Below are positions 36,877 to 48,648 of a DNA stretch of 64,000 nt, piece by piece; the first letter of the stretch is position 1; each line of letters starts with the position of its first letter. The translations under genes and the position numbers were made by a program. Source of the stretch: Nemertoderma westbladi (Eukaryota; Animalia; Xenacoelomorpha); assembly GCA_032718475.1 (NCBI GenBank), contig JAUCBJ010002739.1, positions 1 through 64,000 on the forward strand, written 5' to 3'. The notes below the pieces were generated by a model that had not been told where the DNA came from, ran no database searches, and saw nothing but the letters and a program-made list of their open reading frames with translations.

Positions 36877-37706
36877 GTAATCCGATCTCATAGTCACAAT
36901 TATTATTTAATTTTAATAACTTATTCTTTTTAATTTTATACGCGATTATTGCCAACTGACTTACGCTACCTGTTTTACTTATCACGGACTTACTTTATTG
37001 TTACTTTACTTACTTATTATTTATTTTCTATTGCTTTACAATACTATATTAGAATTAGAGTTTATATAATTACGAATTCGTAAACTTCGATTTCTTACAC
37101 TATTGTAAGTTAATTGAATTGTTGTTTATGTTTATATCTCTTTTTACTCTAAAAGTTAAAAAGTATTTATTTTCCTTTATATTTCATTAGATTACATAAG
37201 GTTACTGTTATTCCGGCTTGTATTCTATTGGACCTTCATGGAATTAATTAGTTAATTTAATATTGTGAATAGGTGAACGATTCTGATACACACGCCACAG
37301 TTGTAAAATGTTCTTATTATCTTTACGATAACGTCAATCAATGATGTTTTTTTTTTTTTTTTTTTATGATTAATGTGCCAAAGTTGTTCCAGTGACGTAT
37401 TTCCTTATAACAACCAACTCATTGCCTTTATGGTTTTACTTGCAATGTTTTCATGTAACTCATTCATTTTAAAATAGCAGAAATTTATTACAAAACCAAA
37501 ATATATATGGCAGCAATTAATGCAAACCGGTGTTAATTAGCAAAGTCTTTAAAATCATTATAAATATATTTATTGAATAAAGCCATGGTACTGGCACTTA
37601 ATAAAATCAAATAAAACGTTTGTGTAAAAGGAGGCGAAAGTAGAAGATGAGAGCTGGTTATTATAATTATATCTAATGGTTTCATTCATGTGATGTCTAA
37701 TTACAG

Positions 37707-38756
37707 GTGAGGGACAGAGCGACAACCTATTACAACATCCTCAACAAGGACAACCCGAGTCTGTACAACCAGATTATACTGGGGAGTCTGAACGTCTCTA
37801 TAGTCGGGTTGGAACGGGCGCTGCACGCGTACACACTGGAGCCGGGAGACAAACCCTTCGATATGCGGACCGTCCCCATAGCGGTGGAGACCCGCGAACC
37901 CGCGGCGCCGGCGCCCGGGGCTGTACCCGCGGCCGGGGGATCGGAGGCCCAGGTGGTGGCCACCCAGCAGGACGTCTACGCCGAGCAGCTGGCGGGGGTC
38001 CCCGGCCTCTCGGGGTTGGGCCCGCTGTTTAAGAGCTCGGAGCGGAGTCAGCTGACCGAGGCGGAGACCGAGTACACGGTGCAGTGCGTTAAACACACCT
38101 ACAAGCAGCACGTGGTGCTGCAGTTCGACTGCACCAACACCCTAAACGATCAAATGCTGGAGAATGTTACCGTAGCGGTTGACACAGAGGAAGAAGGTTG
38201 GCGTGTCCTCGGGGTCGTCGCCTGTCCGGTTCTCTCGTACAACAAACCCGCGAGTACCTACACGATCCTCGCGATCTCCGAGAGCGAGTTCACCGCCACC
38301 TTCACGTGCACCCTGAAGTTCCTCGTTCGGGACTGCGATCCGACCACGGGGGAGCCCGACGACGACGGTTACAACGACGAGTACCCGCTCGACGACGTCT
38401 TCCTCGGGATCTACGACCACATGCAGCGCGCGACGAAGCCCCACTTCCTGGGCGCGTGGGAGCAGCTGGGCGAGCGGAACGAGTGCGAGGACACCTACGT
38501 TATCGGTCACGTAAAGAGTTTAACCGAGGCGGTTAAGAACATCGTTAGCTTCCTCGGGATGCAGCCGTGCGAGCGGACGGATAAGGTGCCCGAAGGTCGC
38601 TCCTCCCACACTCTCCTATTGGCCGGCCAGTTCCGGGGCGGTGTCGACGTGATGATGAGGGCCAAGTTGGCCCTGTCGGACGGCGTCACCATGCAGATAA
38701 CGGTGAGGAGCACCGAGCCAGCTGTTAGCGCTATCATAGCCGGGAGTATCGGGTGA
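37707..38756 (+). CDS. COPG: Coatomer subunit gamma, coding exon 3 (appendage domain); total protein 876 aa
   Basis: Acceptor ttacag|; VRDRATTY, LTEAETEYTVQCVKH, VRDCDPTTGEPDD, FLGMQPCERTDKVP; ends in TGA. Confidence 0.97.
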   Translation: MRDRATTYYNILNKDNPSLYNQIILGSLNVSIVGLERALHAYTLEPGDKPFDMRTVPIAVETREPAAPAPGAVPAAGGSEAQVVATQQDVYAEQLAGVPGLSGLGPLFKSSERSQLTEAETEYTVQCVKHTYKQHVVLQFDCTNTLNDQMLENVTVAVDTEEEGWRVLGVVACPVLSYNKPASTYTILAISESEFTATFTCTLKFLVRDCDPTTGEPDDDGYNDEYPLDDVFLGIYDHMQRATKPHFLGAWEQLGERNECEDTYVIGHVKSLTEAVKNIVSFLGMQPCERTDKVPEGRSSHTLLLAGQFRGGVDVMMRAKLALSDGVTMQITVRSTEPAVSAIIAGSIG

Positions 38757-39815
38757 CGTAGCAACCGATACTTAAACTTATACTGCTGGGTTAACTTCTA
38801 CCTTGAGATATACTTGTGGTGCGATATGGGTCTGGTTCACTGGTTGGATATAAGCGTAAGGGTGAGGGACTAGGGAAGATACAGTTTCTAATTATAAACA
38901 ACATGGATTTGGTTTCCCTTTGGATTTTGACCTTCCATTCAGTCGAACTGTTAGCAATCTGTAATAGGTTTGGGAATATTGGGGCCCCGAATGTGGAGAC
39001 GATAAAGGGATCGGTTTGGGGATCAGTTCTTCACTTTATAGAATGTTGAACCTTCATCTGTAATAGCCTATGTCGTTTTTTTCAGATAGTGGCGCACATT
39101 GGCCGGAAGTGAAATAATGATAGTTTATTGTTTTGGTTAGAAAACACAGCCTCTGTAACCTGCTCCTTTCCGTTTTTAATTAAATTTAGTTAATTTTTCA
39201 AACCCACTAAAATTTATTTTGTGTTTGCGGTCATTTTGCGCCATTGACTCAGTTTTGTTGCTAATTGCTGAAGGCGTACCGAGCTTGGTTTAATGTTTTG
39301 GTCAATGGTCTGGTCAAGTCCCCCCCCCCCCCCGACACTTATTAATATAATTGATTATTGTTTATGATTCCTGATTACTGGATAATTGTTATGATTTTAA
39401 TTCGTTTGGTTCCGTCATTTACTAGGATAAATTTATAAAATGATCGCTGATCCCCAAATTTATAAAACTTTTTCCTGAATAAACAACATTGTACTTTATA
39501 CAGTAATACACCGAAAATATTTGAGTCACTGCGGAGAGTGGAGAGTAATACACATTAATACATTAACAGCAAGATTTACTCAGCTATTAAATTCTATTAG
39601 ATCACAAAATTATTTCAAATTGCCTCATAACGATTGTTTATTGTTTCCTATTTGTTTTGGTGCCGCAGTAGTAGGTAGCTGGATAATACAGGTACCGCTG
39701 TAGGTCTTGTTCCGATAGCTGATACTTATTATTATTTAAATTAATTTGGTTTTGGTTCCTCCCGGACCTTCAAATTAAGTTAATTAAATTATTTGGCAAA
39801 TAGAAATGGAAACTT

Positions 39816-41236
39816 CACTTATCGGTACACTAAAAACTATTGAGGGAAATACCAGCAACCACTTATCGGTACACTAAAAACTATTGAGGGAAATACCAAC
39901 AACCACTTATCGGTACACTAAAAACTATTGAGGGAAATACTAGCAACCACTTATCGGTACACTAAAAACTATTGAGGGAAATACCAACAACCACTTATCG
40001 GTACACTAAAAACTATTGAGGGAAATACCAACAACCACTTATCGGTACACTAAAAACTATTGAGGGAAATACCAACAACCACTTATCGGTACACTAAAAA
40101 CTATTGAGGGAAATACCAACAACCACTTATCGGTACACTAAAAACTATTGAGGGAAATACCAACAACCACTTATCGGTACACTAAAAACTATTGAGGGAA
40201 ATACCAACAACCACTTATCGGTACACTAAAAACTATTGAGGGAAATACCAACAACCACTTATCGGTACACTAAAAACTATTGAGGGAAATACCAACAACC
40301 ACTTATCGGTACACTAAAAACTATTGAGGGAAATACCAACAACCACTTATCGGTACACTAAAAACTATTGAGGGAAATACCAACAACCACTTATCGGTAC
40401 ACTAAAAACTATTGAGGGAAATACCAACAACCACTTATCGGTACACTAAAAACTATTGAGGGAAATACCAACAACCACTTATCGGTACACTAAAAACTAT
40501 TGAGGGAAATACCAACAACCACTTATCGGTACACTAAAAACTATTGAGGGAAATACCAACAACCACTTATCGGTACACTAAAAACTATTGAGGGAAATAC
40601 CAACAACCACTTATCGGTACACTAAAAACTATTGAGGGAAATACCAACAACCACTTATCGGTACACTAAAAACTATTGAGGGAAATACCAACAACCACTT
40701 ATCGGTACACTAAAAACTATTGAGGGAAATACCAACAACCACTTATCGGTACACTAAAAACTATTGAGGGAAATACCAACAACCACTTATCGGTACACTA
40801 AAAACTATTGAGGGAAATACCAACAACCACTTATCGGTACACTAAAAACTATTGAGGGAAATACCAGCAACCACTTATCGGTACACTAAAAACTATTGAG
40901 GGAAATACCAACAACCACTTATCGGTACACTAAAAACTATTGAGGGAAATACCAACAACCACTTATCGGTACACTAAAAACTATTGAGGGAAATACCAAC
41001 AACCACTTATCGGTACACTAAAAACTATTGAGGGAAATACCAACAACCACTTATCGGTACACTAAAAGCTATTGAGGGAAATACCAACAACCACTTATCG
41101 GTACACTAAAAACTATTGAGGGAAATACCAACAACCACTTATCGGTACACTAAAAGCTATTGAGGGAAATACCAACAACCACTTATCGGTACACTAAAAA
41201 CTATTGAGGGAAATACCAACAACCACTTATCGGTAC
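39816..41236. repeat. 44-bp tandem array ACTTATCGGTACACTAAAAACTATTGAGGGAAATACCAACAACC, ~32 copies
   Basis: Near-identical contiguous units. Confidence 0.98.
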
Positions 41237-43260
41237 TACTACTACTAGGTTGAGCGAACTCGGACAGTGAAAATGAGATCCTTCCAAGCTTCCCGATTCT
41301 CCATAGTTGTCGCAATTTCGTTTCTCCTAAGTTCAGTATCCCTTTCAAGTTGATCTATATATGTTATGGCCGGTCGTCCACGACTACGCTTTCCATGAGT
41401 TGGTTGCCAGAAAAGTAGATCTGGTATGACCTCGTCTTTACTTCGCCAGCAGTGCCCACTGAATCTTAATCTGCGTTCACGGAGGGTGGTTGATACAGGT
41501 GGTATTGTACCATAAAGCTCGGCGTTTGTCATGTGTTGTCTCCAGCTGATGTTTAGGGCTGCCCTTAGTAGTCTTGTGTAGCAACCATCAATTCGTTGTT
41601 CAAGTGATTTAGTCAGTGTCCAGGTCTCACCCCCATATAAAAATACACTTTCCACTGTGGCTCGAAAGAACTTAGTCTTCAGGTGCCTGGGGAGATCTGA
41701 TTTCCAGATGGTATCCATTTTTGATAGAGCTACCCAAGCCTTTGCTTTCCTAACTTCTATGCCCTTTTTGCTACTCTCTATCCATGATCCAAGGTACTGG
41801 AAGTCATCGACCTTCCTTAGTTGATTATTATCAATGGTTGTCAAGTTTCCATCAACATTAAAGGTCATGAATTCGGTCTTTGTAGCATTTATATGCAATC
41901 CAACCTCCTTAGCAGCCCTCTCCACTTTATTTAGTAGAAGCTGTGCATCTGCTAGGGTATTAGAGAGCAGGGCGATGTCATCCGCAAAGTCGGTGTCTGT
42001 GACTGTAGTTGCCGGATATCTACTACTTCTGCGTTCTTGAAGTGTGAATGCCAGGTCTTCACCCTTTGTGGCCGTCCTCATTGCGTAATCCAGCACAATT
42101 ACAAATAGTAATGGTGCTAATGTGTCACCTTGCAGTACGCCAGCCAGGATTGAGAAAAACTCAGTTTCACCATCTGGTGAGAGTACCTGCGCTTCTGTGT
42201 CACAATATAACAATCCAATGCCAGCAACAATTACTTCTGGTATTCCATAAGCTCTTAGGATTTCAAGCATTTTACCTCTATGGCTGGAGTCGAATGCCTT
42301 CTTGAAGTCCACAAAAGTCATGACAGCGGGGAGATTCTTTGACTTAATTCCTTCAATCAGTCTCCGTAGTGCAAGTATCTGAGCTATTGTTGATCTACTT
42401 GGTCGAAATCCATTTTGGCTCTTACGCAGTAGTTTCTCTATGTGAGGCCTAATCCTATATAGAATCATTTTATTGTATATTTTGGCAGCTACCACAAGCA
42501 GACAGATCCCACGATAGTTTGTTGGTATGCCGAGGTCTCCTTTCTTGGGGAGAGGCTTTAGTTGACCTTTAGTCCAAATTGGTGGTGGCTTTTCCCCTTT
42601 TAACATCCGGTTGCAAACATTCAATAATGGTCTGTTTAGCACTCCAGTTTTCCATACCTCCGCTGGGATTTCATCTAATCCACTCGCTTTATTATTGGAC
42701 ATGCTTTTAATGCTTCTTTGGAGTTCGGCAGGTGTGAAGTCCCCTGTTTCTATAGGTAGTGTCTTGTCATATATTTTCCTTGTAGGGCTGACCTCGATGT
42801 TTGGTGGCTGCCCAAGCAAGTTGCTGAAGTGATTTTTCCACTTCCCAATAAGGTTCTTCAGGACTATCGGCTTTGAGGCGCCCCTTTGCACAACTTTTCC
42901 GACCAGATACCTCATTTACAGTTTGTCAGGTAAGTCTTGATTCTTGCTGTATGTGAGCAGTTGTAATTGCTTCAGTTTTATCCTGTATGTACTTTTCCTG
43001 GCTGATGTTGTAGGCCAATTTAAGATCGTCCTTAGCTTTCTCAACCTTGTTAATGTTTTCGGTTGTTGGTTGTTCGGTTTTAACGTTGAAGGCTATCTTA
43101 AGATCTTCTCTCTTACAAGTTACCTCAGAGTTTTGCCATGGCACATATTGTTTTCGTTTGGGTTTCTGGGGGATATGCCTCTTAGCTGATTCCTTGTGGG
43201 CTGTTATTATATTCTGGTATATTGAATTGGTGGATTGGTCTTCATCCATTGACTGAAGTG
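41237..43260 (-). mobile_element. 5'-truncated RTE-clade LINE inserted in the 44-bp array
   Basis: RT ORF 41245-42915 (NYRGI, QNGFRP, FVDFKKAFDS, GVLQGD, FADD, LRFSGH), (AGT)n tail, ~12-bp TSD ACTTATCGGTAC (41225-41236 / 43261-43272). Confidence 0.95.
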
Positions 43261-43548
43261 ACTTATCGGTACACTAAAAACTATTGAGGGAAATACCAAC
43301 AACCACTTATCGGTACACTAAAAACTATTGAGGGAAATACCAGCAACCACTTATCGGTACACTAAAAACTATTGAGGGAAATACCAGCAACCACTTATCG
43401 GTACACTAAAAACTATTGAGGGAATTACCAACAACCACTTATCGGTACAACTAAAAACTATTGAGGGAAATACCTACAACCACTTATCGGTACACTAAAA
43501 ACTATTGAGGGAAATACCAGCAACCACTTATCGGTACACTAAAAACTA
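43261..43548. repeat. Remainder of the 44-bp array (~6.5 units)
   Basis: Same unit resumes after the LINE. Confidence 0.97.
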
Positions 43549-44696
43549 CAAAAAACTGAAATCCAAACTGAATGAAAGCTGAATCCAAAATGAAATTCAG
43601 AACTGAATTAGGAGGTGATGGCAAACTGAAGTTGTCAGTCTATAATTTCATTGTTCAACACAAGAGTTGGTTTATTTATTGTCACTGATTGACTATTTAT
43701 TACATTTGCCTATTTATTATTCATTAAAATGTTAAAATTAGTATTCCATATATTTATGATTATATATATTTCAGTTTACCTGAAAGTCACATGATAAATC
43801 TTATTGCCCTTTCTCTAATTAATTATTGAATTTTCGTTGGGAACATGTTAGAAGAATCTGCATTCCAGTGGGGTCGAACTGGTGACTTCCAGATTGAACA
43901 TCAGCCCTGTAATCATTCCGATAGCTGTTCACATATACCACATGGTGTGCTCGCAGCCACTAAGATCGGGCATGTTCAGCCAGAATGAATCTGAAGTTAA
44001 TAATACAATCTATAACCATCACGGCCACTTTATTATTACTTCTTTATTTGTATGTATGATTATTAATAATTAATAATAATAATTCATATCATAATACATA
44101 CAGTCAATCTACAAATTTCAGACACATGGGTACACGAAAGGGTCTGTTTTAAAATAAATTCTAGTGAGGGAACAACCTGAATATTTTCCGCATTCGAAAG
44201 GGAAATCAGTCTGAGGAAAAATGCGGTTCAAGGTAATACAGTACTGTAATATAATTCCAACCCTTTTCAAAAAATGGCAGCGGTTTTTATTATATTTTTT
44301 TACAGGCTAGAGTAGAATCCCCCCCCCCCCCCCCCCCCCCCCCCGGTAGTTAGACCTGGTAGCTCAGTGATGAAGGTTGAGAGGAACTGTTCTTGATTCG
44401 AGCCCCAATATTAATATTGACGACTTTGAAATAAAGGGTTCGAGCTTCGAGCCCAATATTGACGGTTGGTCGGATCACAATATTGTTGAAATAGTCATTG
44501 AAATGTGATACTTTATGAAATCTAATACCTGTATTTTAATTTGTTCAGAAAACAATAAATTTACAATTCTATAAATTAATTAATAAAATGAGATAAATGT
44601 ACAAATATTCTACTTATACATTACAAAAGAAAATATTGTCGGACGTATGGTATGTACAGTAGATGAGTTTGTGTAACTGCAGAAATCTAAAATGCT

Positions 44697-45113
44697 CTAC
44701 CTGTCCCTATCACATATATCTTTATCCAATACATCGGGTGGTATCTCCAGCTTGTTACGGCAATCTCGTCGGTACATCAGATCCGGTTGATATCGGCTTC
44801 GCGAATCTGCGATGCCCGGACGTAAGGCCTCGTACCGCGTCACGATGTACGGCCTCTTCCCATCAACGCGTTCTCGCCACTCAACCTCGTTAAGTCGCTC
44901 GCGTTTACGGAGGAACACGGACTCATCGTGAGGCCCGCGCGCGTTCGGTAGGTTGACCAAGTCGCAGTTCTTTAGCGTCAACTCGCGGTTCTTATATCGC
45001 ATGTCGTTCTTCCATGCAGGTACGTACAGTTTCGGTATCACCGGATGATGGTGAGAAAATTTGGGCTGCACCCTGTAAGAATTACTCTCTCGGTCGTTTC
45101 TGATTCCCGCCAT
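44697..45113 (-). CDS. TEX43: TEX43/SPMIP10-like sperm microtubule inner protein, 138 aa, intronless CDS
   Basis: PKFS..IPKLYVPAWKNDM..GPHDESVFL..RERL..SRYQ resembles recalled vertebrate TEX43 (PRFS..IPRRYVMPWKENM..GPLEDSLFL..ERL..SRYQ). Similar length; GC-rich ORF in AT-rich flanks. Recognised from memory. Confidence 0.75.
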   Translation of the reverse strand: MAGIRNDRESNSYRVQPKFSHHHPVIPKLYVPAWKNDMRYKNRELTLKNCDLVNLPNARGPHDESVFLRKRERLNEVEWRERVDGKRPYIVTRYEALRPGIADSRSRYQPDLMYRRDCRNKLEIPPDVLDKDICDRDR

Positions 45114-47435
45114 AGCAAAGTGTCGGTTTATCTACTTTCCGTAATTATGATTCAGTTTTTTATTCGTTTACGCCTATTTATAAAATAATATTGATTCGAA
45201 ATTAAAATGTATGTTGCTAATGGGTGAAAAGAAGAATAGACCTAGCTAAAATATTGAATTTAAATTATCAATTCTGTACATCCGTCCAAATTCTCAGAAA
45301 CTAGACGGTAAAATGTGTACGTGGTGTAAGCAGGTGTCTATTCACTACCGGTATGTAGTCAGACATCTGACAGTTGAATTATGATTATAATTATTACTAT
45401 GTTCATGTGTTGCCAGGCAACGCGGCTGTAATAGCTACATTATGCTTAAATCGGGAGATAACGTATCCTAATCGGTGTGTGGAGGGTAAAAAATACACTT
45501 AAATGATAAAGACCGAATCAACTCTGTTAGCCTATCTTCATTTTGTGGCTATCTCATAAAATGAATGCATCAATTAAACTTAATCTTTTTGAAACAATGA
45601 TCTTATCTTGAAACAACACTCGCCATCCTGGCATTACGATTTCTAAACTGTTTTAAAACTTGTTGAACTGTTTCAAATATGGTGCTCAATTGGACAATTA
45701 GAGATGTTCATAATAATACAACCCGATATTATAGTATATTACGTCTTTGTATTTGTAGGCATAATTAATTGTACACATAAATTCGACCGAAAAGTGAAAA
45801 CCTGATATTCTTCAAATGGGCGAACTTAAGACTACTTGTAAGACTTACTTAGTTGTCTAAATGGGAGAGAAAGTGAAGTCGGGGATACTGTAGGTTGAAC
45901 TGGTTAGAGCTACTGATCCTGTTTCCATTTCTGAACAAAATCATATTTAGCAACTAGAAACGCAACGCAGGCGTTGCGGTAAGGAACCCTTTTCACCGAG
46001 TTAGGAAGACCCTGAAATTGGTACGATTTTTTTTGTATATTTTCGGTTTGTTTACCGTCGATTAGATCAACATTTCGGAGATCTGTAGTGGAATTATAAC
46101 CCGACATCGCCACACCTTTATTGGGGTGTATGTGTATGTGTGTGGATGTGGATATGTTTGTGGTTCCACTATAGCACTTCAGGACTCCAACCTATTCGAA
46201 CGTCTCGTAGTATATAAATAAACGTACGTGTAGCGTCGCGCAGCACGAGCGGCTGCTTACTCGAGAACGAGTAACCCGAGTACTTGACTCGTGCAGCACG
46301 AATGCCCCAAGAAAATTTTCAAAATATTAGAACTTTCTCTAGTAGGTTCATTCCATTCAAATTAGGTTAAAATTGAGTAAAGGCTTCAAAACGATTGAAT
46401 TTTCTATTACAGACAGACGGACAGACAAACTAATTTTTGAAAATGATTTTGTTTGAAAAAAATGTTTGTTTAAAACTAATGATATTAGGCCGTAATACTA
46501 ATTGAAATTGTGCACTAGTACTGTAGCTTCACTCACTAATCGTGGCTCGTTCCACAGTATATTAATTTAATACAACGTACGATGTTTCCCATAGTTCCAT
46601 CTAATTTTTGTTATTGGGTTATTTAATACGCATGACCATTCAGTTTGACAAAACATTAACTTTTGTTACATAATGTCAACTTAACAGCGTTCTGCTGAAT
46701 TATCGGTTGAAAGTTTTAGCAAAGTACAGTACTACTGTACTTTGCAGCGTTGCGGCCGGTAGGACGGAACGCTGCAAAGTAATTAATGACATGGAAACAA
46801 CTTCAATTACCGTATTCCAGAATGTATTATTTCCATTTATGTTAATGAGTGCTGCTTTATTATCCAGTTTGCAGTGACGGGACTAGCTAGGACCTACAAC
46901 TGAATGTAAATAATTGTTTAACGTCAACGTTACCGTAAACGTTAACGTAAAATCCATTATGGCGAAACGTCCACTAGAAGACACTAAAATGACCACCAAA
47001 GAAAATGGCGACAGTGTTCAGTAAAATTGAACGGAGACAGACGGTGACTAAGTTAGCTTCAGTCGACTATTATAGTCAAGATGGATTAATGATTTATCAC
47101 ATCAGGCAGGAGATAACTTCCAATAAACTTTAATTAGATTTAAATTTATAATTAATACTGTGTACCTGTTAATAAATTTAACTTATATTAGGCCTATAGT
47201 ACATGATTAAAATGTATAATTGAGTATCCATAAAATCCTTTCTTCACATACCGAACGCTGATAAGTTGACATAATGTAACAAAATTACATATATCATTGC
47301 TTGCAAAGGTCACTTTTCAGCGTTTGTTTGTAATACTTACCCCGTCAGCTGATAGCTCTTCCCAGTGAATCCTATGGGAATATCTACATGGTTACTCACT
47401 GTACTATGTTAGGTGGCAGGCCAGCTGTATTAAGT

Positions 47436-47930
47436 TTGCACATCTCCTATCGACGCCATTCTTCACATTAGTGAATAATTTTTTCATATCATTAGAAAGC
47501 TTGCGTTGTAAGGATTCCAAATACTTACTGTATGTAACAATATCTGAATTTTGTTGAGAAACAGCTGAGGATATAGGCGTTCAAAGATTTCAAGAATTAT
47601 TGTTCGCTGCAGGCCATTTATTTTTTTTAATAAATACACAAAAATCTAGAACGTGTTATTAATTTTATGAGTAGGTGGGAAACATCGATATGCCATATGC
47701 AATATCTCTATCCCGTACATATTCATACATAAACAAAATGTTCAAGAACATTGTGTATTTATTAAATAGAATAAATGGCCTTCAGCGAACAATAATTATG
47801 GCAATCTTTGAACGCCTACAGTATATCTCAGCTGTTTCTCAACGAATTTTTTGAAATAGCTTGCAACGCAAGCTTTCTAATGATATGATTCTTCACTAAT
47901 GAGAAGATGGCGATGATATGAGATGTGCAA
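47436..47930. mobile_element. Foldback/MITE-like element with ~220-bp imperfect inverted arms
   Basis: e.g. catatcattagaaagcttgcgttg / caacgcaagctttctaatgatatg and gttgagaaacagctgag / ctcagctgtttctcaac. Ends approximate. Confidence 0.7.
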
Positions 47931-48648
47931 TTTCGCAAAAGACACTTTATTAAAACGCTTAGAAAACAATTAGAGGCAAAATCGAAAATTCCGGCTTCAT
48001 TGGGACATCGACGGTGAGTATACTGTAACTACTGTAGTTGACATTTTGAAGATCACCAATTCAAAAAAGAAAATTTAACATCAATAATTTTAGGTCATAA
48101 ATGTTGACTATATTGGAATGATACCATTTATGTCATCGTTACAGTATATCATATCCAAACTGTATATCAAAATGTTTGAGAATTTTATTGATATCATCAT
48201 GTTCATAGGGGGACCGGAATATACAGTATGTAAGTAGGCCCTATAGATTAATATAGGTGAGTCCGGTTTTTAGCACGTACCGTGGCCATATATTCTCATT
48301 TTTTTACCTTACCGTTACTGCAGTCTATGAGACTCTCCAACGCAACTCTACTGTACAGTATATTATATAATTTTGGCTTGGGCCTTTCTGTACTGTACGT
48401 TTTTTACTTTAAGTATGTGTAACTATAAATGTCAAGCCGTATACAGTTATTGAGCCACTGTATATTGTACAGTATAATTATCTACACCATAACTCCCCTC
48501 ACCATAAGGCGACACTGTAACTGTTACCTTAAATTTTAATATACTTTTCATCGTTCTAGATATTTTTAACTCATTTTAACTCTGATTTTAACCCCGACCT
48601 TAGGTTATTTAGTACATTTTTAACATTGACTACATAATGTTTGCCAAC

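Noticed and set aside
39816-43548. CRISPR array
   Set aside because: Units are contiguous with no unique spacers, no cas genes, eukaryotic context.
44319-44344. Poly-C tracts (also ~39320, ~56671, ~62839)
   Set aside because: Simple homopolymers; length unreliable and no supporting context.
46719-46781. Two overlapping short hairpins as a miRNA precursor
   Set aside because: Stems only 11-14 bp and the window is full of small palindromes.
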